Numbered from the stretch's first letter, positions 1 through 12,545 are shown. The stretch: DNA of 64,000 bases from an uncultured Chloroflexia bacterium (GCA_963774265.1 CAVZDU010000001.1:288001-352000), one strand, 5' to 3'. The notes: generated by a model from the letters alone, not told the origin. Numbers and translations: made by a program.

Positions 1-1207
1 AGCTCCCCTTCATGATGCCGGTGAGCCGCTGGTTGACCTCTTCCTCATCCCAGTAGAAGTTCTGTAGATTCTGCACCCATTCCAGGTAGCTGGTGGCGAC
101 ACCGCCGGCATTCGCCAGGATATCCGGCACGATGATCACGCCCTTGTCGGCCAGGATTTCGTCGGCCTCGCGGGTCGTCGGACCGTTGGCGCCTTCGACG
201 ATGTACCGCACGTGCAGCCGGCCGGCATTGTCCCCGCGAATCTGGTGCTCGAGCGCGGCCGGAACCAGCACATCGACTTTGGTCTCCAGCACGTCCTCGT
301 TGCTGACGCGCTCGACGCCGGAGGCGGTGTAGCCTTCGAGCAGGCGGTGCGGATGCGCCGCCACAGCCTTGTCGATCGCAGGCAGGTCCAACCCGTTGGA
401 GTTATAGAGGCCGCCGCTCACATCGCTGACGGCCACCACCTTGCAGCCCATCTCGTGCAGGATGCGCGCGGCCCAGGAGCCCACATTGCCGTAACCCTGG
501 ACCGCCACCGTCGTGTCCGACAGCGCCCGGCCCTCGCGCTTCAGGAGCTCGCCGGTCACGATCGCCACGCCGCGGCCGGTCGCTGCCGTGCGGCCCTGGG
601 ATCCACCCATGCCGAGCGGCTTGCCCGTCACGAGCTCCAGCATCTGCGTGCCCTCGATCATGCTGGCGGTGTCCGCGATCCAGGCCATGATTTGCGGGTT
701 GGTGTTCACGTCGGGCGCGGGGATATCGCGCTTGCCGCCCAGGATGGGCAGGATCATCGCGGTGAAGCGGCGGGTCATGCGCTCGATCTCGCCCTGGGAC
801 ATGCCGGTCGTATCGACCTGGATGCCGCCCTTGGCGCCGCCGTAAGGGATGCTGACCACCGCGCATTTCCAGGTCATCATGGCCGCCAGGGCCTTGACCT
901 CGTTCAGGTTGACATCCGGGTGGTAGCGGATGCCGCCCTTGCACGGCCCACGCGCCGAGGAATGCTGCACGCGGTAGCCCCTGAAGACTTTGACTGAGCC
1001 ATCATCCATACGCACCGGGATAGAGACGGTCAATTCGCGCTCGGGTTCACGCAGAATCGCGTGTATACCCGGATCCAGGTGCAGCCGTTCCGCGACCTCG
1101 TCGAGGGAGCCGAGAACGGTGTCCCAGAGATCCTGCTTCGCCGGCTTCTCCACCAAGACCATCGTTTGATCGAGCCGAACCAGCGTCTCCGTAAGTGGTT
1201 TCTGCAT
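1..1207 (-). CDS. gdhA: Glu/Leu/Phe/Val (glutamate) dehydrogenase, copy 1; 3' end runs off the window
   Basis: ATG at 1207 with a GGAGG RBS. Nearly identical in nucleotide sequence to 4146-5190 (offset 4145). KGGIRY, MTWKCA, GGAKGG, PAPDVNT and GxGNVG motifs read on the minus strand. Confidence 0.93.
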   Translation of the reverse strand, partial: MQKPLTETLVRLDQTMVLVEKPAKQDLWDTVLGSLDEVAERLHLDPGIHAILREPERELTVSIPVRMDDGSVKVFRGYRVQHSSARGPCKGGIRYHPDVNLNEVKALAAMMTWKCAVVSIPYGGAKGGIQVDTTGMSQGEIERMTRRFTAMILPILGGKRDIPAPDVNTNPQIMAWIADTASMIEGTQMLELVTGKPLGMGGSQGRTAATGRGVAIVTGELLKREGRALSDTTVAVQGYGNVGSWAARILHEMGCKVVAVSDVSGGLYNSNGLDLPAIDKAVAAHPHRLLEGYTASGVERVSNEDVLETKVDVLVPAALEHQIRGDNAGRLHVRYIVEGANGPTTREADEILADKGVIIVPDILANAGGVATSYLEWVQNLQNFYWDEEEVNQRLTGIMKGS

Positions 1208-1253
1208 CGATGCCTCCGCCTTCCAGGCGACTCTGCCTAAAGGAGTATCGGAG

Positions 1254-1292
1254 CCCGCTCGGGCGCAGTCGCCGCGGATGCGCCCGAGCGGG
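1254..1292. terminator. GC-rich hairpin between the orphan gene and gdh copy 1 (terminator or mRNA-stabilising stem)
   Basis: 14-bp perfect stem CCCGCTCGGGCGCA / TGCGCCCGAGCGGG; no clear U-tract. Confidence 0.5.
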
Positions 1293-1304
1293 ATCATGCA
1301 AACC

Positions 1305-1868
1305 TTAGCGCTTCCACACCAGCAAGGGGCGGTTGTGCAGCCAGGCCAACATGGCGCCGAACCCGGTGCGAGAGCTCACCTCGACATCGTCGACCACCTG
1401 GAAGTCCAACATGCTGGTCTGTTCGTTGCCGATCCGGCGGGCGAACTCGGTCGTGACCGCCCGGTCCAGCGCGTCCAGCAGGGCCGCCAGGGCGCCTGTC
1501 TTGCGGCGGGCCCATACGACCATGTGGACCAGGGTGATCGGGAATTCGGTGAATACGGCGTCATCCGGGGTGGCCTCCGGATCGTAGAGGTACACGCCTT
1601 GCACCTCCGTATCCAGGGCCCCGATGTGTTCGGCCAGCTCGCGGGCCACCGCGTATTCGAAATAGCCTCGGGCATCGCTGCGCCCGGCGCGGAGCATGCT
1701 GGCGACGGTCCTGCCATCCTCCAGGCGCATCTTGCGTGCGGTATAGTCAAATGCGGACTCGATGGCGGCCACTGCGGTGCTGGCCGAATTGGGCAAATTG
1801 AACTCGACATGCGTCGCTTGAAGGCCATCGTGGGTGGCAACTGCCTGTTGCATCTGTTTCTCAGCCAT
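1305..1868 (-). CDS. Hypothetical protein, ~187 aa, with a degenerate nucleotidyltransferase-like fold
   Basis: MAEKQMQ start with a GAGGAG RBS. VQGVYLYD...VHMVVW...LDFQVVDD pattern resembles pol-beta NTase strands (recollection, not searched). Confidence 0.7.
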   Translation of the reverse strand: MAEKQMQQAVATHDGLQATHVEFNLPNSASTAVAAIESAFDYTARKMRLEDGRTVASMLRAGRSDARGYFEYAVARELAEHIGALDTEVQGVYLYDPEATPDDAVFTEFPITLVHMVVWARRKTGALAALLDALDRAVTTEFARRIGNEQTSMLDFQVVDDVEVSSRTGFGAMLAWLHNRPLLVWKR

Positions 1869-2004
1869 GGGAAAAGCTCCTCTCGTACTACCGGCCCTTC
1901 CACGGCCCGGTATTTCCTGATTACAGCGTAATCTTCTCATGGCAGGCGCGAAGAACACATAGAAACACCGGGGCAAAATATGAAAGATGCATAAAAACGG
2001 GGGA

Positions 2005-2718
2005 TTATTCGGGGCAGGCGAGCATATATCCGGCTCCCGGAGAGGTAAGGAGATACTGGGGATCGCCGGGATCGAGCTCCAGTTTCTTGCGCAGATAGCG
2101 AATATAGGCGCGCAGGTATTCGAGATCATCACGGTACTCAGGTCCCCAGACGTTGGTCAGGAGCTCAGAGTGGGAGATGACCCTGTTGGCGTTGCGCGCG
2201 AGTTGATAGAGCAGCTCGTACTCGGTGCGAGTGAGCGCCACAGGCTGGCCGCGCATGGTCACGGCGCGCCTCGCAAAATTGATTTCAAGCTCCCCACAGG
2301 TGAGGCCGGAAGTGACCGCCTCCCCGGGATGCTGAGTGCGGCGGAGGACGGCCTGGACGCGCGCGAGGAGTTCCTTGGCGCTAAACGGCTTGGTCAGGTA
2401 ATCATCTGCCCCGGCCTCGAAGCCGGCCAGGACATCGGCCTCGGTCGCCTTCGCGGTGAGCATCACCACAGCGACGTCAGAAAACTCGCGCAGGCTGCGG
2501 CACACGTCATAGCCGGTGGGGCCCGCGCCCAAGAGCACGTCCAACAGCACCAGGTCGGGTTGCTCCAGCACTACCTGCTCGGTGGCGCCCTTAGCGCTTG
2601 CCGCGGCCACGACGCGGTAGCCCGCCGCCTTCAGCACCTCGCTCACCAGGCGCACGAGGCGCGGCTCATCATCCACCACCAGGACTTTAGCTACACGGAT
2701 CTCGGGGCGGTCGGTCAT
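2005..2718 (-). CDS. OmpR/KdpE-family response regulator
   Basis: Receiver motifs VLVVDDE, DLVLLD, GADDYLTKPF; winged helix LTRTEY..LL and YLRAYIRYLRKKLE. Confidence 0.95.
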   Translation of the reverse strand: MTDRPEIRVAKVLVVDDEPRLVRLVSEVLKAAGYRVVAAASAKGATEQVVLEQPDLVLLDVLLGAGPTGYDVCRSLREFSDVAVVMLTAKATEADVLAGFEAGADDYLTKPFSAKELLARVQAVLRRTQHPGEAVTSGLTCGELEINFARRAVTMRGQPVALTRTEYELLYQLARNANRVISHSELLTNVWGPEYRDDLEYLRAYIRYLRKKLELDPGDPQYLLTSPGAGYMLACPE

Positions 2719-4007
2719 GGCTGCGTTGCCTCGCTGGGGATCGTGAAGAACAGAGTTGTCCCCTGGCCCAGCGCGCTCTCGGCCCAGATGCGGCCGCCAT
2801 GACTTTCGACGATCGCGCGCGCGATGGGCAGGCCGAGGCCGGTGCCCACGACATGCCGGCCCAGCCCCGACTTCACACGGAAATACTTCTCGAAAAGTCG
2901 GTTGAGATGCTCGGGTGCGAGGCCCACGCCCTGATCGGCCACGCTGATCTCAACTTCCGCCGGCCGGGCCACGCCGCGCACAACCACCAGGCCGCCGTCC
3001 GGGGAGTATTTCACAGCGTTGTCGATCAGGTTGCGCAACACCTGGGTGATGCGCTGCGGGTCCGCGTCCACGAGCGGAAACTCGCTGGGGAAATCAGCCA
3101 GGAATCGATGGCCGCTCTCCTGATGGGCGAAATCCTCAAGCACGCCGAGCGCCAGGCGAGGCAGGCGGACGGGCTGCATTTCCAACCGCAGGAAGCCGGC
3201 GTCGATCATGGACGATTCGAGCAGATCGTGGATCAGATCCTGGAGGACATCGCACTCTTCATCGATGATCCCCAGGAACTCGCGCTGCGTCTCGGGGCTG
3301 AACTCGGCGCCTTCCATGAGGAGCGCGCTCGAATAACCCTTGATGGAGGTCAGCGGGGTGCGCAGCTCATGGGCCAGCGTGGAGATGACCTCGGCCTTCA
3401 GGCGATTCGCTTCGTCGCGCGAGCGGATCGTCTCCAACTCTTCGCGCAGACGGCCGTTCTCCATGGATAATGCCAGCAGATCGGCCACCGGCTTGAGGAA
3501 ATCCAGGTCGCTCTCGTCGAAACGACCCGCTGAGCGCAGGTTCTCCAGCAGCAGGACGCCGACGCGCGTGCCATCGGTTGTGAGTGGCACAGCCAGTGCG
3601 CTTTGCGGCTCGCTGACACCGGTTGCAGCAACGCGAAAAACCGCCAGGTTCTCGGAGGACATGCTGCGCATGGCGGCGGCGGTGGCCGCGGCGGTCGGAT
3701 ATAGCGTCGCGATGCCCGTGGAGAAAGCCAGGCCGGTGATCGACTCACCCGGGGCCAGGCGCAGGTGTTGCAACGCCTCCACGTCATACCCCTGGGCAGC
3801 CTGCACGACGAGATAACCCTCGGCCATGTCGTAGAGCACCACCATGCCCGCGTCGGCTGCGTCCATGTGGTCGATGAGCACGGACAGCAGCCGGGGCGCG
3901 GTGAGCTCAGGGTCATGCTCGGTCGCGAGAATGCGCGCGATCTCGAACATGGTCCGGAGGCGACGATCCGCCGCCCCACGCTCTGCGCCTGTGCTGCGCC
4001 CCTGCAT
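2715..4007 (-). CDS. Cytoplasmic GAF-domain sensor histidine kinase
   Basis: N-terminal GAF, H-box HELRTPLTSI, N-box NLIDNAVKYS, G-boxes DQGVG and GTGLGL. No TM helix. Overlaps the RR start by 4 bp. Confidence 0.93.
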   Translation of the reverse strand: MQGRSTGAERGAADRRLRTMFEIARILATEHDPELTAPRLLSVLIDHMDAADAGMVVLYDMAEGYLVVQAAQGYDVEALQHLRLAPGESITGLAFSTGIATLYPTAAATAAAMRSMSSENLAVFRVAATGVSEPQSALAVPLTTDGTRVGVLLLENLRSAGRFDESDLDFLKPVADLLALSMENGRLREELETIRSRDEANRLKAEVISTLAHELRTPLTSIKGYSSALLMEGAEFSPETQREFLGIIDEECDVLQDLIHDLLESSMIDAGFLRLEMQPVRLPRLALGVLEDFAHQESGHRFLADFPSEFPLVDADPQRITQVLRNLIDNAVKYSPDGGLVVVRGVARPAEVEISVADQGVGLAPEHLNRLFEKYFRVKSGLGRHVVGTGLGLPIARAIVESHGGRIWAESALGQGTTLFFTIPSEATQP

Positions 4008-4029
4008 TCGTGTTACCAGAATCGACGGA

Positions 4030-5313
<1,284 letters not shown>

Positions 5314-5391
5314 CGATACCTCCAACTTTCTAGCGCCTTTGCCGAAAGGGTTATAGAGATCCGTGATCAAGGAACGGTCTTCTCCGGGCCT

Positions 5392-5442
5392 ATGATAGAC
5401 GCGTCAAGCAATACTTGCAATTTGGCGCCTTTCGATTATACT
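5392..5442. promoter_or_regulatory. Back-to-back sigma70-like promoters sharing a palindromic TTGCAA -35
   Basis: TTGCAA at 5415-5420; plus-strand TATACT at 5437-5442 (16-nt spacer); minus-strand TATCAT at 5397-5392 (17-nt spacer). Confidence 0.6.
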
Positions 5443-5454
5443 GAGATCAATCGG

Positions 5455-5469
5455 ATTGATCCGATCAAT
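5455..5469. promoter_or_regulatory. Putative FadR/GntR operator ATTGATCCGATCAAT
   Basis: Perfect 7-1-7 palindrome just downstream of the plus-strand -10; resembles the FadR-type TGGTCCGACCA site. Confidence 0.6.
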
Positions 5470-5502
5470 ATAAATAATCGCCCTTGGGAGAAGGGCCAAC
5501 CG

Positions 5503-6216
5503 ATGATCACTCCAGCCATCGATTCCGGATTTCTGCGGTACTTGCTGGCGCAGGGCTGTGCGCCGGGCACAAAACTGCCCTCACTGGATGAGATCAGCAA
5601 CGAGATCGGCATCAGCGTCGGCAAGCTGCGCGAGCAGTTTGAGGTGGCGCGCGTGCTGGGCCTGGTGGAGGCGAGCCCGCGGCGGGGCATCCGCTGCCTG
5701 CCGTACGAGCTTCTGCCGGCCGTGCGCCTGAGCCTGATGGTCGCGCTGGCGCTGGACCCGGCCGCGTTTCGCGCCTACAGCACGCTGCGCATCCACCTGG
5801 AGACGGCGTTCTGGGATGAGGCGGTGTTGCTGCTGACGGCTGAAGACAAGGCGGAGCTGCGACGGCTGGTGCAGGCCGGCGCACGCCAAGCTGAACACCG
5901 AGCGCATCCAGATCCCCTACCCCGAGCACCGCGCGTTCCACCTGACCATCTTCGGGCGGCTGGAAAACCCCTTTGTGCTCGGCCTGCTCGAGGCCTACTG
6001 GGACGCGTACGAAGCGGTCGAGCTGAACACCTACGCCGACTACGCCTATCTGCAGGAAGTATGGAGCTATCACGAGCGCATCGCGGACGCGCTCCAGGCC
6101 GGCGACTACGCAGCCGGCAAGGAGCTGCTGATCCAGCATATGCGTTGATCGACAAGATGGGCGTGTCCCACGAGATCCCTGAGACCCTCACACAACTCCA
6201 AGGAGAAGCGGTATGA
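5503..6216 (+). CDS. GntR/FadR-family transcriptional regulator with FCD domain (apparent frameshifts near 5880 and 6145)
   Basis: KLPSLDEISNEIGISVGKLRE HTH; FCD-like HRAFHLTIFGRLENPF and HERIADAL in a shifted frame. Confidence 0.85.
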   Translation: MITPAIDSGFLRYLLAQGCAPGTKLPSLDEISNEIGISVGKLREQFEVARVLGLVEASPRRGIRCLPYELLPAVRLSLMVALALDPAAFRAYSTLRIHLETAFWDEAVLLLTAEDKAELRRLVQAGARQAEHRAHPDPLPRAPRVPPDHLRAAGKPLCARPARGLLGRVRSGRAEHLRRLRLSAGSMELSRAHRGRAPGRRLRSRQGAADPAYALIDKMGVSHEIPETLTQLQGEAV

Positions 6217-8063
6217 GTATCGCAGCACAAGAAGCCCCCGCACCTGTGGCGAAGCCGGGGGAAGTGGTCAACAACTTCTCGTTCAACATCGCCACGGTCA
6301 ACGGGTCGGGCAGCCAGACCAGCAATGGCGTGCTGCTGCGGGCATTCTTCAAGATGGGCATCCCCGTCACCGGCAAGAACCTGTTCCCCAGCAACATCCA
6401 GGGCCTGCCCACCTGGTACATCATCCGCCTGAGCAAGGACGGCTACCTGGCCCGCCGCGACCCGTACGAGATCGCCGTCTGCATGAACGGCCGCACCGTC
6501 GCCGAGGACATGGCCAAGGTGGCGGCGGGCGGCATCGTCCTCTACGACGACTCCCTGCCGATCGCCGCGCGGCGGCCGGACGTCACCTACTACCCGATGC
6601 CGGTCGGGCAAGCTGGTCAAGGAAGCCAACCTGCCCTTCGAGCTGAAGGACTACATCGCCAACATGGTCTACGTCGGCGTGCTGGCCTACCTGCTCGACA
6701 TCGACATGGCAGGAGATCGAGGCCGCGGTCGACTGGAACTTCGACGGCAAGCCCAAGCCCATCGAGCTGAACATGAACATGGTGCGCCGCGCCTACGCCT
6801 GGGCGCAGGCGAACCTGGTCAAGACCGACCCCTACCGCGTGGAGCGCATGACGCGGCTTCAACGAGGACAAGATCCTGGTCGACGGCAACACCGCGGCCG
6901 CGCTGGGCGCCATCTTCGGCGGCGTCACCTTCGTGGCCTGGTATCCCGATCACCCCGGCCTCCAGCGTGGCGGACGCCCTGAGCAAGTATCTGCCGAAGC
7001 TGCGCACCGATCCCGAGACCGGCAAGGCGACCTTCGCCATCATCCAGGCCGAAGATGAGCTGGCGGCCCTGGGCATGGTGATCGGCGCCGGCTGGGCCGG
7101 CGCACGGGCCATGACCAGCACCAGTCGGGCCCGGGCTCGACCTGATGGCCGAGTTCGCCGGCCTGGCCTACTTCGCCGAAGTGCCGGCCGTGATCTGGGA
7201 CATCCAGCGCATCGGGCCCCAGCACCGGCCTGCCGACGCGCACCAGCCAGGGCGATATCCTGGCGGCCTACTACCTGAGCCACGGCGACACGCGCCACGT
7301 CGCTGCTCTTCCCGGCCGACCCGAAGGAGTGCTTCGAGTTCGGCAGCATCGGCGTTCGATCTGGCCGAGCGGCTGCAGACGCTGGTCCTGGTGCTGAGCG
7401 ACCTGGACCTGGGCATGAACGTCTGGATCAGCCGATCAGTTCGAGTATCCCGAGCAGCCGATGGATCGCGGCAAGGTGCTGACTCGCTGGAAGACCTGAA
7501 GGCGCTGGGCGATTCGTGGGGCCGCTACAAGGATGTGGACGGCGACGGCATCACCTACCGCACGCTGCCCGGCACGCAGCATCCCGGCGGCCGCCTACTT
7601 CACCCGCGGCACCGGCCACAACGAAATGCGCCACGCTACAGCGAGCGGCCTGAGGACTGGGAGCACAACCTGAACCGCCTGGCGCCGCAAGTTCGAGACC
7701 GCGCGCAACCTCGTGCCCGGCCCCGGTCGTCGACGAGGTCGCCGGACGCGCGCGGATCGGCATCATCAGCCTCGGCTCCAACGACCCGGCCATCGTCGAG
7801 GCGCGCGACATCCTGGCCGCGGCCGGCATCGAGACGAGCTACCTGCGCCTGCGTGCGCTGCCGATCAACGAGACGGTGCGCGACTTCATGCACTCGCTAC
7901 GAGCGGGTCTTCGTGGTCGAGAACAACCACGACGGCCAGTTGCACCAGATTCTGCTGTCAGAAGAGCCGGTGTGCGGCGGCGCAGCTGATCTCAGTCGCC
8001 CGCTGCAACGGCATGCCGCTGTCGGCCACGTGGATCGCCGAACAGATCCAGAAGGGACTGTGA
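6213..8063 (+). CDS. korA: 2-oxoacid:ferredoxin oxidoreductase alpha subunit (multiple frameshifts)
   Basis: NGSGSQT, NIQGLPTW, YPITPASS, QAEDELAA and VVENNHDGQL motifs spread over several frames. Confidence 0.9.
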
Positions 8064-8072
8064 GGTGTTGCG

Positions 8073-9137
8073 ATGAGCGTTACAATTGAGCAGACCAGCC
8101 GGCCCGCAGCTCCTGCGGCCGCGAAGACCAACACCCTGGGCCTGGAAAAGACCGCCTATAAGGGCGCCCCTTCCACCCTGTGCAAGGGCTGCGGCCACGA
8201 CACCATCAGCCAGCGCATCATGAACGTGGCCTGGGAGCTGGGCCTGGACCAGACCCAGGTGGTCAAGATGAGCGGCATCGGCTGCAGCAGCAAGTCGCCC
8301 GCCTACTTCCTGGGCTGGAGCCACGCGTTCAACGGCGTGCACGGCCGCATGCCGGCGGTCGCGACCGGCGCGGTCGTCGCCAACCGCGACCTGACCGTGA
8401 TCGGCGTCAGCGGCGACGGCGACACCGCCTCGATCGGCACCGGCCAGTTCAAGCACGCGGTGCGCCGCAACGTGCCCATGGTCTACATCGTGGAGAACAA
8501 CGGCGTCTATGGCCTGACCAAGGGCCAGTTCAGCGCCACCGCCGACCTGGGCCAGCGGCTGAAGTACGCCGGCGTGAACAACCTGCCGCCGCTGGACATC
8601 TGCCTCGAGGCGCTGGCCGCCAACGCCACCTTCGTGGCGCGCAGCTTTGCCGGCGATCCGCGGCAGGTGGAGACGCTGCTCAAGGCCGCCTTCAGCCACC
8701 GCGGCATCGCCGTGCTCGACATCATCAGCCCGTGCGTCACCTTCAACAACCACGACGAGTCGACCAAGAGCTATAGCTGGGGCAAGGCAGAAGGAGACCG
8801 CGCTGAACGAGCTGAACTTCATCCCGCCCTACGAAGAGATCACCATCGGCGTACTACGAGGGCGAGATGGAGGTCGCGATGCACGACGGCTCGCGCGATC
8901 GTGCTGAAGAAGCTGGATCCCGACTACGATCCGACGAGCAAGCTCAACGCCTTCCAGACGCTGGAGGAGGCCCGGCAAAACCAGCAGTTCATCACCGGGC
9001 TGATCTACGTCAACGAGGATGAGCGGCCCGACCTGCACGAGCTGCTGCACTACACGGAAACGCCGCTGGTGCATCTGCCGGAGGAGAAGCTGCGGCCCAG
9101 CCGGCAGGCGCTGGAAGAGGTGATGGCGAAGCTGTAA
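8073..9137 (+). CDS. korB: 2-oxoacid:ferredoxin oxidoreductase beta subunit
   Basis: LCKGCGH, SGIGCSS, HGR, GDGD TPP motif, NNGVYGLTKGQ and SPCVTFN; compensating frameshifts near 8790-8900. Confidence 0.93.
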   Translation: MSVTIEQTSRPAAPAAAKTNTLGLEKTAYKGAPSTLCKGCGHDTISQRIMNVAWELGLDQTQVVKMSGIGCSSKSPAYFLGWSHAFNGVHGRMPAVATGAVVANRDLTVIGVSGDGDTASIGTGQFKHAVRRNVPMVYIVENNGVYGLTKGQFSATADLGQRLKYAGVNNLPPLDICLEALAANATFVARSFAGDPRQVETLLKAAFSHRGIAVLDIISPCVTFNNHDESTKSYSWGKAEGDRAERAELHPALRRDHHRRTTRARWRSRCTTARAIVLKKLDPDYDPTSKLNAFQTLEEARQNQQFITGLIYVNEDERPDLHELLHYTETPLVHLPEEKLRPSRQALEEVMAKL

Positions 9138-9196
9138 TGGGGCGTTGATCGAGGGCGAGCGCGGCCCGGATGCAGCCGCGTTCATTCTGAATTGAT

Positions 9197-9237
9197 ACAC
9201 GGCCAGGAAATGGGTTGTTTGCCCTTCCTGGCCGTGT
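9197..9237. terminator. Hairpin between the convergent korB and gdh copy 3
   Basis: 13-bp perfect stem ACACGGCCAGGAA / TTCCTGGCCGTGT. Confidence 0.65.
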
Positions 9238-9290
9238 TGGTTCAAGTATCAGCTCTCGTGTCCCGAAAGACCAACCTGGTTTGTGTTGTG

Positions 9291-10547
<1,257 letters not shown>

Positions 10548-10876
10548 TCGGAACTCGCTCCTTCGTGACAGATCAAGGCAGGATATCGATTCCCGCCTTG
10601 GCAGGACGGCAATTGACGGCCTGGAGGAGTTACCGGCAAGACAGGTGACACGAAAGAATGGCTTGTGGCGTTAGCAATTCTGCTACGTCTGCGAGGACAC
10701 AAAGAAGCAAGCCCCAGGTCATCTTTGTCCTCCGGCGCCCCGTATTATACTGTCTTTGTAGCAGGGCCTACAAATTGGGGACAGAACCACGTAGGCCGAA
10801 AAATCAGTCACGCGCGGCCGCTGGTCCACGCGAAGAAAAACGCGAAACCGATCAGGAACATGCCGTTCGCGCGCAA

Positions 10877-10905
10877 TTGACAGCCCGCCCAAGGCGTGAT
10901 ATTCT
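10877..10905 (+). promoter_or_regulatory. sigma70-like promoter of the aspS leader
   Basis: TTGACA-17 nt-TATTCT. Confidence 0.75.
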
Positions 10906-10919
10906 CGCACGACACAAAG

Positions 10920-11215
10920 CGAAAAGCGTGGATGGAGAGAGTACGGGGCTCGCGCGCAGTCCAGAGAGCGGCTGATGCTGTGAATGCCGCCTGTGTTCAC
11001 CCCGAAAAGACACTCCGGAGCTGCCGGGCCGAAAGATGAAGCTGCCGTCTCGTCCAAGATGCGGCAGGGAGTCGTAGGCCCATGCCGGCGCCACCCGTTA
11101 TCAGGCAGGGTCAGGGTTGACCGATGAGGCCGGGGCCGTGAGGTCCCGGCGAACCAAGGTGGCACCGCGAGCGCGCTCCTCGTCCTTGGGAGGGGGAGCG
11201 CGTATTTTATTTCTC
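10920..11215 (+). ncRNA. T-box riboswitch (Asp specifier) with intrinsic terminator
   Basis: AGTA bulge, AGAGAG box, GAA..GAC specifier (11009-11011), T-box AAGGTGGCACCGCG (~11156-11169), terminator GCGCGCTCCTCGTCC..GGAGGGGGAGCGCGT-ATTTTATTT; lies upstream of an aminoacyl-tRNA synthetase. Confidence 0.9.
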
Positions 11216-11229
11216 GCAGGGAGTGCCTC

Positions 11230-12537
11230 ATGGAACGCATCTACACATCGGAAGTCAACTCTCATGTCGGCGAGCGGGTCCGGCTGGCCGGCTGGCTGCA
11301 CACACTGCGCCGGCTGGGCGGCATCAACTTCCTGGTGCTGCGCGATGTGCGCGGCACGGTCCAGGTCGTGGTCGACACGCCCGAGGCGCTGGCCGCGCTC
11401 GACGGGCTGCTGCCGGAGACGGTGCTGGCCGTCGAGGGGACGGTGTCGCCGAGCCGCAGGCGCCGGGCGGCATCGAGGTTCGCAGCCCGCCTTCGAGATC
11501 CTCTCGCCGGTGCGCGACGCGCTGCCCTTCCCGCTGAACAAGCCGGCTGATCAAGGCCAGCCTGCCGGTCTTCCTCGATCACGCGGTCATCGGCCTGCGC
11601 CACCCGGCAAAAGCGCGCGCTGTTCCGCCTGTCGGCCGGCGTCATGGCCGGCTTCCGCGCGACGCTGACCGGCCTGGGCTTCACCGAGATCCAGACGCCC
11701 AAGCTGGTGGCCTCGGCGACCGAGAGCGGCGCGAACGTCTTCGCCGTGAAGTACTTCGAGCCGGCAGGCCTACCTGGCCCAGAGCCCGCAGTTCTACAAG
11801 CAGATCATGGTGGGCGTCTTCGAGCGGGTCTTCGAGGTCGGCCCGGTCTTCCGCGCCGAGCCGCACGACACGATCCGCCACATCAACGAGTACGTCAGCC
11901 TGGACGTGGAGATGGGCTTCATCCGCGACCACCGCGATGTCATGGCGTGCTGACCCAGGTCGTGCGCGGCATCCTGGCGCATCTGGAGACGCACTACGCG
12001 CCCGAGCTGGCGCTGCTGGACGTCAAGCTGCCCGCCGTGCCGCCGGAATTCCCCGCGATCTACTTCCCCGAGGCGCAGGAGCTGATCCTGCAGACGCTGG
12101 GGCGAGGACTGCCGCGGCGAGCCCGACCTGGCGCCGCAGCACGAGCGCTGGCTGGGCGAGTGGGCCCAAGACCGAGCACGGCAGCGATTTCCTGTTCGTC
12201 ACCGGCTACCCGATGGGGAAGCGGCCGTTCTACACCCACCCGAACCCGGCCGACCCGCGCTACTCCAACTCGTTCGACCTGCTCTTCCGCGGCACCGAGC
12301 TGGTGACCGGCGGGCAGCGGCTGCATCTGTACCAGGACTACCTGGACGCGCGGCGCGGCACGCGGGTACACCGACCTGGCGCCGTTCGAGACCTATTTCG
12401 AGACGTTCAAGTACGGCATGCCGCCCCACGGCGGCTTCGCCATCGGCCTGGAGCGCTTCATCATGCAGTTGCTCGGGCTGGACAACATCCGCCTGGCGAC
12501 GCTGTTCCCGCGGGATCTGACCCGGCTGACGCCGTGA
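11230..12537 (+). CDS. aspS: Short archaeal-type non-discriminating aspartate--tRNA(Asp/Asn) ligase (frameshifted)
   Basis: OB-fold LAGWLH...[55 protein letters not shown]; about 435 aa with no GAD insertion. Confidence 0.9.
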
Positions 12538-12545
12538 CGGGGCGC

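Noticed and set aside
6140-6150. In-frame TGA in the GntR gene (and TAG at 47923 in rSAM2) as Sec/Pyl recoding
   Set aside because: Neither is at a catalytic Cys or Lys position, no SECIS is evident, and both lie in error-rich regions. The TAG is most simply TGG (Trp).
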